From NCBI GenBank assembly GCA_964421635.1, contig CAYQWZ010000007.1:1-61131 (forward strand): a stretch of 61,131 nucleotides of DNA. Reading direction: 5' to 3'. Position 1 is the first letter of the stretch; each line of letters begins with the position of its first letter. Below are positions 17,151-27,383 of this stretch, in pieces. Below the pieces are notes generated by a model, which searched no databases, had not been told where the DNA came from, and saw nothing but the letters and a program-made list of their open reading frames with translations. The stretch comes from an uncultured Candidatus Saccharibacteria bacterium. Its GTDB lineage: Bacteria > Patescibacteriota > UBA1384 > CAILIB01 > JAUSJZ01. A program made the position numbers and the translations under genes.

Positions 17151-17435
17151 CAACGACACACCTCAACGCTTCGGCTTTCAGTCGGGCGTTTTTTAATACA
17201 AAAAACCAATCGTCGTGGTGACATCCTGTTAGCTAAGTGGGTGGTCGCATTCAGAGGGCGAGCCGAGTCGATTCCCCCATCAGATATTGACCTCCCGTCG
17301 CAAATAGAATTGATAACTCACATATGACGATTGGTAATAATATTGTAGCAGATCTTCATTAAAAATAGATTAACAATTGTCCACCGAAAAAAACTGCCTT
17401 TTTCCCTCTCTCCTGCTATACTGAAAGGCAGAAAT

Positions 17436-19691
17436 ATGGATTCAAGCAAGCTAATTCCTCGCTTTGCTATTGTTGCCAGTACACAAAAACTGGTTGACCG
17501 TTTTTTGTTTACCGGCTCACAACCAACAAATCCTACTAAAAAGCTCAACTTGCTTTACGCCGTTGAAGTAACCCGCCCTTGGTTCCCCTCTTCTCGTTTA
17601 GTCCCCACTATTACCAATGTACTGTCTGAGCGCTTTAATACCTTGGCTAAATCTTCTAATCCGCTTAAAAGCTTCGAGGCTACTATCAAAAACATAAACG
17701 AAGAGCTCTACGCTATTACTGAACAGGGCGAAACAGATTGGCTCGGGCACTTAAACGCACTCTTAATTTTAGTCGATGGCAACGAAATTCACATCTCACA
17801 GACTGGCACCGCTCAGGCTTATTTATTTCGAGCTAGAAAAATTAGCCAGGTAACTGAAACATCAGTGGGCGATTCGGAGCCTCATCCTTTAAGCACTTTC
17901 TCGAACATTATTTCGGGCCAGCTAGCAGAGGGTGATCGTATGGTTTTCGCTAATCAAGATTTATTCTCAATAATTTCGCTAGATCAAATTCGGGGTGCAG
18001 TTAGCGAACAAACCCCATTTTTAGCCGCCAATCAAATAGTTAAATCTACTAAGCGCTCTAAAATAACCTCTATTTCCGCCATTATTTTAGCCATTGAAAA
18101 CGCCGCTACTTGGGAAACCGCCGGCGAGGAACCATTCGTCATTAACTTGGAAGAGACGGTGCAAGGATGGCATAAAATTGTTTGGAAAAATACTAAGCCA
18201 ATATTAAAGAAAGCCAGAAGTATTAGTAAAAAAGCTTGGAAGGCAAGTGTAGTTGGGGCTAAAAAAGCTCACAGTAAGTGGCAAGAAAGCTACGGACCAA
18301 AAACCCAATCGGCCCTAAAGTCTGGGGCTCGGTCTATTTCTCATTACGCTGCCAAAGCAAAAGGCTATACCAAAGATAAATTTTCAGACAAATCTGTTCA
18401 AGGCAAAACCCTGCAATCTTTCGTTAAAGCTGAGCAATGGTTGACTGACTTATTAAAACCTCTTAAAAAATCTGCCGCACCAATTTTGAAGAAATTAAAC
18501 CAAGTCGACAGAAAGCTAGGAGGATTGATTAAAAAACTCAGCCCTTATGTTACAGGGAAAAATTTTCGTTATGTTTTAATTTCAGCCGCTATTTTATTTG
18601 TGGCTATTACCGCCATTACGGTTCGTAATCGTCACAGCATTCAGGTAATCGCCAATACTCAATCAGAAAATTTGAGGCTTTTAGAAGAAACTAATTTGCT
18701 GGCTGGGCGCACAGATGAAGCTATTAAATTAAAGCAAACCATTGAAGCCCAAAAATTATTAGCTCAGGCAGAAGAGAAATTGAATCAGGTTAATCCTACT
18801 AACTCAGATGAAGAGACACGCAAAGACTCCCTTTTACAAATTATTCAAGAAAAAGGAGATAAACTAACTAACACTCAAAGAGTAAATGCGACTACTAGCT
18901 ATAAAGCGCCTGAAAACACAGATATCATAGCAGTTTCAAATAGAGGAATTTACGCTCTCAATTCTAAAAGTAACGCCGGTCGATTCTTATCTCGAGATTT
19001 GGCCCAATCGGAAATTCAGTTCACACTACCCTCGGCCGATGATAAACCAATTAGCGCTTTTTATTCATCAGAGCTAGACTCCGTCTTTATTACCACAGCT
19101 AATAAAAAAGTATTCACTGCTCGTTTGGAGAACGACAGCATCACCATTTCGCAAAAAGAAAATCCTTTAGGAGATTTCGCCGACAGTACAGATATCGCCA
19201 CTTTCGGTACCAACCTGTATCTTCTAGATTCAAACAGTGGATTACTCTGGAAGTATCCGCCATCTGGGGATAACTTTAGTCGCGGCATCAACCAAGTTGA
19301 GCCAACAGATATTAACTTAAAGACGGCTATTGATATTGCTATAGACGGATATATTTATTCTTTACATAGTGACGGATCACTTAAAAAACTATTGCGAGGC
19401 AAGCCTGAATCAGACTTTTCTGTTGCTGATATGCCAGAAACTTCCTACTCTAGAAAACTAATAGCTCTATCTACCAACGAGAATATTGAATCAATCTATC
19501 TTTTCGACGCAGGGGATAGTAGTAAATCTATTCCAACTGCCAAGGTAATTGTGCTCAACAAAGACGGATCCTTCTTAAAACAAATCGCTATTGACGAACA
19601 GTTGTCTAATATTAAAGCTTGGCAGATGCAAGCTGACGGTTCGCGTTTTTGGATATTGAACAGCAATGAGATTGTTGAATATAAAATCTAA
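17436..19691 (+). CDS. membrane protein with N-terminal PP2C/SpoIIE-like fold region and C-terminal beta-rich (propeller-like) domain
   Basis: LNALLILVDGNEIHISQTGTAQAYLFRA ... GDRMVFANQDLF resembles the PP2C core. Central TM (YVLISAAILFVAITAITV). Repetitive beta-strand-like C-terminus. Confidence 0.5.
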   Translation: MDSSKLIPRFAIVASTQKLVDRFLFTGSQPTNPTKKLNLLYAVEVTRPWFPSSRLVPTITNVLSERFNTLAKSSNPLKSFEATIKNINEELYAITEQGETDWLGHLNALLILVDGNEIHISQTGTAQAYLFRARKISQVTETSVGDSEPHPLSTFSNIISGQLAEGDRMVFANQDLFSIISLDQIRGAVSEQTPFLAANQIVKSTKRSKITSISAIILAIENAATWETAGEEPFVINLEETVQGWHKIVWKNTKPILKKARSISKKAWKASVVGAKKAHSKWQESYGPKTQSALKSGARSISHYAAKAKGYTKDKFSDKSVQGKTLQSFVKAEQWLTDLLKPLKKSAAPILKKLNQVDRKLGGLIKKLSPYVTGKNFRYVLISAAILFVAITAITVRNRHSIQVIANTQSENLRLLEETNLLAGRTDEAIKLKQTIEAQKLLAQAEEKLNQVNPTNSDEETRKDSLLQIIQEKGDKLTNTQRVNATTSYKAPENTDIIAVSNRGIYALNSKSNAGRFLSRDLAQSEIQFTLPSADDKPISAFYSSELDSVFITTANKKVFTARLENDSITISQKENPLGDFADSTDIATFGTNLYLLDSNSGLLWKYPPSGDNFSRGINQVEPTDINLKTAIDIAIDGYIYSLHSDGSLKKLLRGKPESDFSVADMPETSYSRKLIALSTNENIESIYLFDAGDSSKSIPTAKVIVLNKDGSFLKQIAIDEQLSNIKAWQMQADGSRFWILNSNEIVEYKI

Positions 19692-21364
19692 AGCTCTTCG
19701 AAAGTTTGAATGCCTAAATAGGCTAATCCTTCTTCAAGTACTGACGACACCATTTTTGTTAGGGTCAAGCGAGCATCACTTAGATCTTTATCTTCAGTAT
19801 TGATTTTGGTTTCACCGTAATAAGAATTGAATAATCGAGCAATTTGGTAAAGTTTTTCTGCTAACAAATTTGGCTCTGCATTAAAAGTGGCAATGTTGAT
19901 AATCTTTCTGCACAGAATGATTTCTAGCATCAGCTCCTCTTCTTTTTTTTCTTTCAAAAGGGGAGTCGCTAAAGTAAAATCTTCCTTAAACTTTTCTACT
20001 GATAAATATTTGCTTTGACGAAAAACTCCGTGAGCTCGAGCATTGGTGTAAACCAAATAAGGGGCTGAATTGCCTTCTAAATTGAGCGCTTTCCCCCACT
20101 CAAATATAATATCTTGAGCACGATTATGAGATAAATCGTTATATTTGATAGCCGATACAGCAATGCTTTGCGCTTTCTTTGGGTCATTAACTAGCTTTTT
20201 AGCTTCACTAATTCCGCGCTCTACCAAATCTTTAAGCTTAACTCCCCTACCAGCACGCGTTGACATCTTGCCATCTGCTAAACGGTAATGTCCGTGATGA
20301 GCTGCCAGTAGCACGACACCATTGAGCCAACCTAACTTTTTTGCGGCTGTGAATAATTGTTTTAAGTGCAAACTCTGTTCTACGCCAACATGATAGATAA
20401 CCTTTCTTGCCTTCCACTTCTCTAAACGATATTTCAAAGCAGCCAAATCGCGAAGTAAATAAACAGTCGTTCCGTCTTTTTTTATTAAAATTGTTTCAGG
20501 AATGTCTTCACCCAAATCTAAAATTTTGGCACCTTCACTGTCTTTGACTAGCTTTTTCTGCTCAAGTTCAATCATTATCTCCATCATCATTTCTTTGGTA
20601 TAGAAACTTTCACCTAACACTCCTGATTCTGACACTTCATCACTTTCAAACTCAACTCGTAATAGTTCATACATTGTATGATATTCTATGAGACTCCAGT
20701 CAACGATCTTTTTCCATATTTCTACCGCTTCTTTATCTTGATCTTCAAGTTTTTTGTACCAAGCCCTCGCTTCGTCATTTAGTTCAGGTTCTTTCTCAAC
20801 TTCTTCATGAAACTTTACATATAATTTTAATAGCTCTTCAGTAGGATTAGCAGCAATAATACCTTCATCTCCCCATTTCTTTAAAGCAACAATTAACTTT
20901 CCAAATTGAGTACCAAAGTCTCCTAAGTGATTAACTCTAATTACTTTAGCACCTAATGCTTGATACATATTAGCAACTGCATCACCAATAACTGTTGATC
21001 GAAGGTGACCCACTGAAAAAGGTTTTCCGACATTAGGGCCTGAGTAATCAACGACTACTGTTTCTCCTTTCCATTTATCACTCTTTAGAGGTAAGGCTTC
21101 TTGCAAACCAACCGAAAAGCCAGAAGGACTTAGAGTGTAGTTAATAAATCCACCGACCGCTTTTACTTCTGAGAATAAATGATTTTTTTGCTGCTTTATT
21201 TCTTTAATTAGCTGTTCTGCTTTTTCTTGCGGAGAGATGCCTTCTTTTTTGGCCAATTCAAAAGCTTCATTTGATGATAAATGTGCTCTAAACTTAGCCG
21301 GAGCCTTATTTAAATAAATAAAATTTTGTTCTGAGTTTACTTGGCTATCTTTATCTTGACCCAT
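19688..21364 (-). CDS. argS: arginine--tRNA ligase
   Basis: NVGKPFSVGHLRSTVIGD class I signature region; typical length and C-terminal anticodon-binding helices. Confidence 0.9.
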   Translation of the reverse strand: MGQDKDSQVNSEQNFIYLNKAPAKFRAHLSSNEAFELAKKEGISPQEKAEQLIKEIKQQKNHLFSEVKAVGGFINYTLSPSGFSVGLQEALPLKSDKWKGETVVVDYSGPNVGKPFSVGHLRSTVIGDAVANMYQALGAKVIRVNHLGDFGTQFGKLIVALKKWGDEGIIAANPTEELLKLYVKFHEEVEKEPELNDEARAWYKKLEDQDKEAVEIWKKIVDWSLIEYHTMYELLRVEFESDEVSESGVLGESFYTKEMMMEIMIELEQKKLVKDSEGAKILDLGEDIPETILIKKDGTTVYLLRDLAALKYRLEKWKARKVIYHVGVEQSLHLKQLFTAAKKLGWLNGVVLLAAHHGHYRLADGKMSTRAGRGVKLKDLVERGISEAKKLVNDPKKAQSIAVSAIKYNDLSHNRAQDIIFEWGKALNLEGNSAPYLVYTNARAHGVFRQSKYLSVEKFKEDFTLATPLLKEKKEEELMLEIILCRKIINIATFNAEPNLLAEKLYQIARLFNSYYGETKINTEDKDLSDARLTLTKMVSSVLEEGLAYLGIQTFEEL

Positions 21365-22542
21365 TTTCGCTTTCCTACATTAATTACCATTCCTTCATGA
21401 ACCCCAATTTTGGCTGTTGACTCATCTATTACTGCTTCATCAATTCTTACTCCTCCCTGCTCAACTAAACGACCGGCTGCAGATTTCGAACCAGCCAAAG
21501 ATGTTTTAACTAATAATTCTGTTATTAAAAGCTCCCCTTTTTCTAATTTAACTTCATCTATTTTTTCTGGCTTGCCTTTCTTCACAAAAACAGCTTCAAA
21601 TTCTTTGGCAGCTTGGTCAGCATCCTTGACAGAATGATACATTTTAACCATTTCATACGCTAACTTGGATTTGATTTCTTTAGGATTTTTCTTGTCAACT
21701 AAATCTTTCTCAAATTTCTCAACTTCTTCGAGAGGAATTCTAGTTAACATTTTAAAATAAGGAATAATCATTTCATCTGTGATAGACATAATGACCCCAA
21801 ACATCTCATTTGGCTCTGCATCAATAAAAATTGTATTGCCTTTTGAGGTACTCATTTTCTGACCATCTGTGCCATTTATCAGTTCAGTCATTACAATATC
21901 TTGTTTCGGCATTTTAGCTTGCTCAGTCAAAACGCGGCCGGCTAACATATTAAAACGCTGATCGGTACCGCCAATCTCTACATCTGCTTTGATAGCTACT
22001 GAATCGTAACCTTGCATAATTGGATACAACATTTCGCGCATATTGACTCGCGAGCCAGCATCTATGCGACGCTTGATAACATCTCGATTAGTAAACTCGT
22101 GAACTGAAAAAGCATCTGCCATTTTAGCAATTTCAATAAAAGATAATTTCTCTAGCCATTCACTGTTATAGTGCACTTCAACCTTTCCTAAATCTAAAAT
22201 TTGACCCACCTGTTCTAAATAATTAACCATATTCTCTTTAATTTGATCGGCGCTTAGCATTGGTCGTTCAGCATTCTTGTCTGAAGTATCCCCAACTTGG
22301 CCCGTAAAATCACCAACAATAAAAACAACTTGGTGCCCAAGTTCTTGAAAATCTTTCAATTTTAATAAGGTTATTGAACGGCCAATATGAATTCGTGGAC
22401 CAGTAGGATCGATACCTAATTTAACTCGTAATATTTTTCCACTTTGTAACTTTTTTGCCAAAGAATCTTTGTTGATTATTTCGGCTACACTACGCTCTAA
22501 AAGTTGTTTAATTTTGTTTTTGTCAGTCGATATATCTTTCAT
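21337..22542 (-). CDS. tyrS: tyrosine--tRNA ligase
   Basis: GIDPTGPRIHIGR (HIGH), KMSTSKGN (KMSKS), C-terminal S4-like GSKSAAGRLVEQGGVRID. Confidence 0.9.
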   Translation of the reverse strand: MKDISTDKNKIKQLLERSVAEIINKDSLAKKLQSGKILRVKLGIDPTGPRIHIGRSITLLKLKDFQELGHQVVFIVGDFTGQVGDTSDKNAERPMLSADQIKENMVNYLEQVGQILDLGKVEVHYNSEWLEKLSFIEIAKMADAFSVHEFTNRDVIKRRIDAGSRVNMREMLYPIMQGYDSVAIKADVEIGGTDQRFNMLAGRVLTEQAKMPKQDIVMTELINGTDGQKMSTSKGNTIFIDAEPNEMFGVIMSITDEMIIPYFKMLTRIPLEEVEKFEKDLVDKKNPKEIKSKLAYEMVKMYHSVKDADQAAKEFEAVFVKKGKPEKIDEVKLEKGELLITELLVKTSLAGSKSAAGRLVEQGGVRIDEAVIDESTAKIGVHEGMVINVGKRKWVKIKIAK

Positions 22543-22603
22543 ATATATTTTTTCTTTTGCTACTTAGTCAATGTAGCCTTTCAAATGGTATAATGCAAAC
22601 CAG

Positions 22604-25510
22604 ATGGGTTTAAGAAAAAGATCGCGTTGGAGTCTGTTCAGTAACCCTCTTATTCCACGCCCAACGCGCAATAGTAGACAATTTAGTCGTCAGCCAAATA
22701 GTCAATCACGCAGAAAAAAGTCTGGCCCTTCATTTTGGCAACTCGACAGACGCGAAAAAGGCCGCTTTCTATTAAAGTGGGCTGGTCTTTTTGCTGGAGG
22801 ATTTATTTTATTCTCCCTTCTTCTGTTTGCCGTTTATGCAAAAGATTTACCTAATCCTACTAATTTATCTTCCAGAGAAATTGCGGAGTCAACCAAAATT
22901 TTAGACCGCAACGGCAACATATTATATGAAATCTACAACGAGGAACGCCGTACTTTAGTCGCTTCAGATAGAATATCTAATTATGTCAAAGAGGCTACCG
23001 TAGCTTTAGAAGATGACGATTTTTATAATCACCACGGCATAGATTTAACCGGAATTATGAGTGCCGCTTTTGATAATATTACTGGTCGCACAACTTATAC
23101 TCGCGGTGGCTCAACCATTACCCAGCAGTTTATTAAAAATGCTCTACTGACTAAAGAAAAAACCATCTCTCGTAAGCTTAAAGAAGCAATCCTTTCAATT
23201 GAAATTGAGACTATTTACTCTAAAGATGAAATTTTGTCTGGTTATATCAACGAGATTCCTTACGGCAGCAACGCTTACGGCATTGAATCAGCCGCTCATA
23301 CTTATTTTAATAAGTCCGCAGCCGATTTGACTTTATCAGAATCAGCTTTTTTGGCCTCTATTCCACAGCGTCCATCTTACTTTTCTCCTTACGGAGACCA
23401 TTTAGACAAGCTTTTTGCTCGAAAAGATTACGCGCTAGATCAAATGGTAAAAAAAGATTTCATTACTAAAGAAGAAGCTGAGGAAGCTAAACTTGCTACA
23501 CCGACTCTTGAAAATCCTGGCCTAGCCGAGCGAAAAGAATCGATTCGCGCCCCTCACTTTGTTTTTCATGTGCGTGACCAACTGGTAGAATTACTCGGCG
23601 GTGAAGAAGAAGCTGAACAGAGATTAGCTAAAGAAGGATTTACAGTTACTACCACCCTAGATTTAGAAACTCAGGAATTAGCGGAACTTGCCCTTGAAGA
23701 GCAAGCTCCTTCCGTTTTTGAAAGACGGAACGCCTCAAACTCTGCTTTGGTAGCTATTGACCCAAATAGCGGTGATGTCTTAGCTATGGTTGGTAGCATT
23801 GATTTCTTTGAAGAAAAGTTCGGCAGCGTTAATGTAGCCACCAGTCTGCGTCAACCTGGTTCATCTTTCAAGCCTATTGTTTATGCTACCGGTTTTGAAG
23901 GCGCCTACAGTCCCGCCACCGTACTATTCGATTTAAAAACAGATTTCGGTGGCGGCTATAGTCCTTCTAACTATGATGGCTCCGAACATGGCCCTGTCAC
24001 TGCTCGCGAAGCGCTGGCTTGGTCGCTAAATATTCCAGCTGTAAAGATGCTTGAACTGGCTGGTTTAGATGAATCTTTGAAGATGGCACGCGATTTAGGT
24101 ATCAACAGTTTAAACGATAGAGATCGTTACGGATTAAGCTTAGTACTAGGCGCTGGTGAAGTGCAGCTACTTGAATTAGTCCACGCCTACAGTGTTTTTG
24201 CCAATGAAGGTGAAATAATGCCTCTAACTACAATTTTGAAGGTTACTGACAAGGAAGGAAAAACCATTGTTGATATCACTGAAGATGAGCGTAAGGGTAA
24301 ACAGGTGCTCAACAAACAAACCGCTTATTTGATGTCTGATATCTTATCTGACAATGCTACTCGCGCTAATGTTTTTGGTAACTCCCTAGTTATTGGTGGA
24401 CATCAAGTAGCCGCAAAGACAGGAACCACTCAGTCTTACCGAGATGCTTGGACTATTGGCTACACACCTCAAATTGCCGCTGGAGTCTGGGTAGGCAATA
24501 ACGATAATACGGAGATGCGTTCAGGCTCTTCAGGCTCCGTTACTGCTGCTCCAATTTGGCGCGCTTTTATGAACGCTTTCTTATCAGATAAAGAGAATAT
24601 GCAGTTCCCTCGCCCAGGAGAATTACAACAAGTTGAGGTTGATAAATTATCTGGCAAATTGCCGTCTGACAGCTGTTCAACCGAAAGAGTAAGCGACTGG
24701 TTTACCTCTTGGAATAAACCAACTGAGAAAGACGATGTCCACCAAGAAGTTAAAATAGATAAAGTCAGTTTGAAGTTAGCCACTGAAGATACTCCCGAAG
24801 AATTCATTGAGATTCGCTGCTACCGCCAGGTTCATTCTTTACGACCCGAAAAACCTAACTGGGAAGGACCAGTTTTAGCTTGGGCTGAAACAAACGGATA
24901 TTCTCAAACAGACCAACCACCTACTGAATTTGATGATGTTCACACTGAAGCTAAAAGGCCGACTATTCAAATTTCTACCCCAACAAATAATTCAAAGGTC
25001 GACAACAATTTCGAAATTAAATCTGCTACTTCTAGCAGCTTCTCTATAGATAAAGTTGAATACTACTTAAATGATGAGTTCATTGGTGATGCTAAAGACA
25101 ATCCTTACTCAATGTCTGTCAGTGGTAAAAATGCAGGCAAATATACTCTCAAAGCCAAAGTCACAGATAAAATTGGTAATGTGGGCGAAACTACAATTGA
25201 GATTGAAATTAAGGAAAAGAATGCGCCCGGTGCAGTTTCAAGTCCTAGTGGGTCAGCCAGTGGCGGTACTGTAACCTTGTCGTGGACTAACCCAACTGAT
25301 GGCGATTTAGCTTCTGTACGCATCTATGAATCGGGCACTAGTTCTACTATCGGTAATCTTGTAAAAACAGTCAGTACACTGCCAAACACTAACTCTTCAG
25401 CTAAATTATACGGAAAAGTGACGGGTACTTATTATTACACCTTGCGTCCAATTGATAATAACGGAAACGAAAATCAAAGCAGCAACCGCGTAAGTGTAAC
25501 TGTTCCATAG
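22604..25510 (+). CDS. ponA: class A penicillin-binding protein (glycosyltransferase + transpeptidase) with C-terminal Ig/FN3-like extension
   Basis: EDDDFYNHHGID and RGGSTITQQ (GT51); SSFKP and KTGTT (transpeptidase). C-terminal beta-rich repeats (TVTLSWTNPTDGD). Confidence 0.9.
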   Translation: MGLRKRSRWSLFSNPLIPRPTRNSRQFSRQPNSQSRRKKSGPSFWQLDRREKGRFLLKWAGLFAGGFILFSLLLFAVYAKDLPNPTNLSSREIAESTKILDRNGNILYEIYNEERRTLVASDRISNYVKEATVALEDDDFYNHHGIDLTGIMSAAFDNITGRTTYTRGGSTITQQFIKNALLTKEKTISRKLKEAILSIEIETIYSKDEILSGYINEIPYGSNAYGIESAAHTYFNKSAADLTLSESAFLASIPQRPSYFSPYGDHLDKLFARKDYALDQMVKKDFITKEEAEEAKLATPTLENPGLAERKESIRAPHFVFHVRDQLVELLGGEEEAEQRLAKEGFTVTTTLDLETQELAELALEEQAPSVFERRNASNSALVAIDPNSGDVLAMVGSIDFFEEKFGSVNVATSLRQPGSSFKPIVYATGFEGAYSPATVLFDLKTDFGGGYSPSNYDGSEHGPVTAREALAWSLNIPAVKMLELAGLDESLKMARDLGINSLNDRDRYGLSLVLGAGEVQLLELVHAYSVFANEGEIMPLTTILKVTDKEGKTIVDITEDERKGKQVLNKQTAYLMSDILSDNATRANVFGNSLVIGGHQVAAKTGTTQSYRDAWTIGYTPQIAAGVWVGNNDNTEMRSGSSGSVTAAPIWRAFMNAFLSDKENMQFPRPGELQQVEVDKLSGKLPSDSCSTERVSDWFTSWNKPTEKDDVHQEVKIDKVSLKLATEDTPEEFIEIRCYRQVHSLRPEKPNWEGPVLAWAETNGYSQTDQPPTEFDDVHTEAKRPTIQISTPTNNSKVDNNFEIKSATSSSFSIDKVEYYLNDEFIGDAKDNPYSMSVSGKNAGKYTLKAKVTDKIGNVGETTIEIEIKEKNAPGAVSSPSGSASGGTVTLSWTNPTDGDLASVRIYESGTSSTIGNLVKTVSTLPNTNSSAKLYGKVTGTYYYTLRPIDNNGNENQSSNRVSVTVP

Positions 25511-25590
25511 TACTTTCGTGACTGTGCCATAGCACTTTTTAGCCGTTTTTTTGTACTGTTTGAAGCTCTTTTTGAAGCTCCTACAACACC

Positions 25591-25619
25591 TTGACAAAAG
25601 GCCAATTTTTTGCTATAAT
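25591..25619 (+). promoter_or_regulatory. consensus sigma70 promoter
   Basis: TTGACA-17 nt-TATAAT exactly. Confidence 0.7.
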
Positions 25620-25701
25620 CACTCTGACAATAAGGTGGTAAGCCTAATGTCCTACTGGGCATCGGGCCCGGAAGAGGTTTAAGTCCCACGGAGGGCAAAC
25701 G

Positions 25702-26034
25702 ATGTTTGCGCACGTGATTATGCTAGCCGGTTCTCGGCTAAGCAGAAGCGCACCCGAGTGTGTTCTCGGGTATCAGGGTGAGGGCGAGAGCATGGAGGCC
25801 TGTTACCTTCGGGTTTTGGCCACCATCAGCCAGGCGCAAAAGGGAGGGTACATGCCCTCCATCCACCTGCTCTTCCCTGAGCAGGTGACCCCTGAGCTGC
25901 TCGAGGAATTCAAACGCCTCGAGGCAAGTCTTGATCGGCCGCCCAAGATAGCGGCCGACCCCGAGCAACGCGGGTTCATGAGTCTCTTCAGCTCTGAGGA
26001 GTTCGAAGAGATTCTAGCATCCATCGACGCTTAA
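25702..26034 (+). CDS. hypothetical protein (GC-rich cassette)
   Basis: ATG lies 7 nt after GGAGGG, with an 80-nt GC-rich leader. Acidic C-terminal half; no motif. Confidence 0.5.
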   Translation: MFAHVIMLAGSRLSRSAPECVLGYQGEGESMEACYLRVLATISQAQKGGYMPSIHLLFPEQVTPELLEEFKRLEASLDRPPKIAADPEQRGFMSLFSSEEFEEILASIDA

Positions 26035-26042
26035 CAACCAAC

Positions 26043-26068
26043 GGGGCGGCGCGCAAGCGCCGCCCTTT
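26043..26068 (+). terminator. intrinsic terminator
   Basis: ggggcggcgc-gcaa-gcgccgccc followed by TTTGCTATTT. Confidence 0.7.
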
Positions 26069-26069
26069 G

Positions 26070-27383
26070 CTATTTAAAAACTTTTTTGAGCATATCTGAC
26101 AAAGATGCAGAGAAGCTGACTGTTTGATAACCCAGCCGTTCAACTGCCTTAATGCGTTGGTCAAAACCAAAGACCTTTCTTACTTCACCGGTTAAGCCAA
26201 CCTCACCAAATAAACAGAGTTTGTCGGGCAAGGCCTGACCCTTAATTGAACTAATAACTGCCGCACAAACCGCTAGGTCCACCGAAGGCTCTCTAACTTT
26301 CAAACCACCCACAATATTAACATAGACATCGACTGAACTAACATCTATATTTAAATGCCGCTCAATAATTGCCAACATTAATTGTAATCTATTAGGATCA
26401 AAACCCGAAGCTGTTCGTTTCGGGTAACCAAAAACAGATTTATTAGCCAACGCCTGCACCTCTAAAATTATTGGTCGTCGCCCTTCAAGTACTACCGTTA
26501 AACAAGAACCCGGCGCTACATTACGCTCACTTAAGAAATATGAAGAAGGATCACTAACAGATTCAAAACCATTAGCATGCATAGCAAACACGCCAACTTC
26601 TGAAGTGTCACCAAAACGGTTTTTATCTGCCCGCAACAGTCTGTAAGCTTGGTCACTTTTTGAATCAAAAGTTAAGACAGTATCTACAATATGTTCTAAC
26701 ACCTTTGGCCCAGCAATTGTCCCCTGCTTGGTAATATGTCCAACAAGAAATATAGCAATGTTGTTTCGTTTGGCAACAGTCTGTAACACCAAAGCTGACT
26801 CTCTTAACTGCACCACACTACCTGGGCTAGAAGGATAATCGTCATTTACTAAAGACTGAATAGAATCAATTATTAAAACATCTGGTTTAAGCTTGGTAGC
26901 CACAGAAGCGATGCTTTTTACCTCATTAATTGTAGTTATTACCATGTCATCATTTGTGTGAGGTATTCTATTGGCACGCGATTTTATCTGTGACTCACTC
27001 TCTTCTCCACTTACATATAAAACTGACTTTTTGTTACTCGTTAACTCAAAACCCATTTGCAATAGCAGTGTACTTTTGCCAACTCCGGGTTCTCCACCAA
27101 TTAAAATTAAGGAGCCCCTAACAATTCCTCCACCTAAAACTCTATCTAATTCAGAAATACTAGTGACTATCTTCTCTTCGCTGCCATATGTTATTTCAGA
27201 TAATTTTTTTGATACTAAGTCTATATCTGAAGCACCAATGGTAGTGGTACTAGCTTTAAGTGAATGATTTAAACGCTTCAGTGTTCCCCACTCTGAACAA
27301 GAATCACATTTACCTTGCCACTGTAAATGCTCGTGTCCACAAACATCACAAACATAAAATGTACTAATCTTTGTTTTTTTCAT
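26070..27383 (-). CDS. radA: DNA repair protein RadA/Sms
   Basis: N-terminal CxxC...CxxC zinc finger, Walker A GGEPGVGKST, KNRFG motif, Lon-like C-terminal domain. Confidence 0.9.
   Translation of the reverse strand: MKKTKISTFYVCDVCGHEHLQWQGKCDSCSEWGTLKRLNHSLKASTTTIGASDIDLVSKKLSEITYGSEEKIVTSISELDRVLGGGIVRGSLILIGGEPGVGKSTLLLQMGFELTSNKKSVLYVSGEESESQIKSRANRIPHTNDDMVITTINEVKSIASVATKLKPDVLIIDSIQSLVNDDYPSSPGSVVQLRESALVLQTVAKRNNIAIFLVGHITKQGTIAGPKVLEHIVDTVLTFDSKSDQAYRLLRADKNRFGDTSEVGVFAMHANGFESVSDPSSYFLSERNVAPGSCLTVVLEGRRPIILEVQALANKSVFGYPKRTASGFDPNRLQLMLAIIERHLNIDVSSVDVYVNIVGGLKVREPSVDLAVCAAVISSIKGQALPDKLCLFGEVGLTGEVRKVFGFDQRIKAVERLGYQTVSFSASLSDMLKKVFK

Noticed and set aside
17205-17300. A T-loop-like string (GAGTCGATTCCCCC) suggesting a tRNA or tRNA fragment upstream of the 17436 gene.
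   Set aside because: I could not fold a T stem, an acceptor stem or any cloverleaf around it. It is probably a chance resemblance or too degraded to call.
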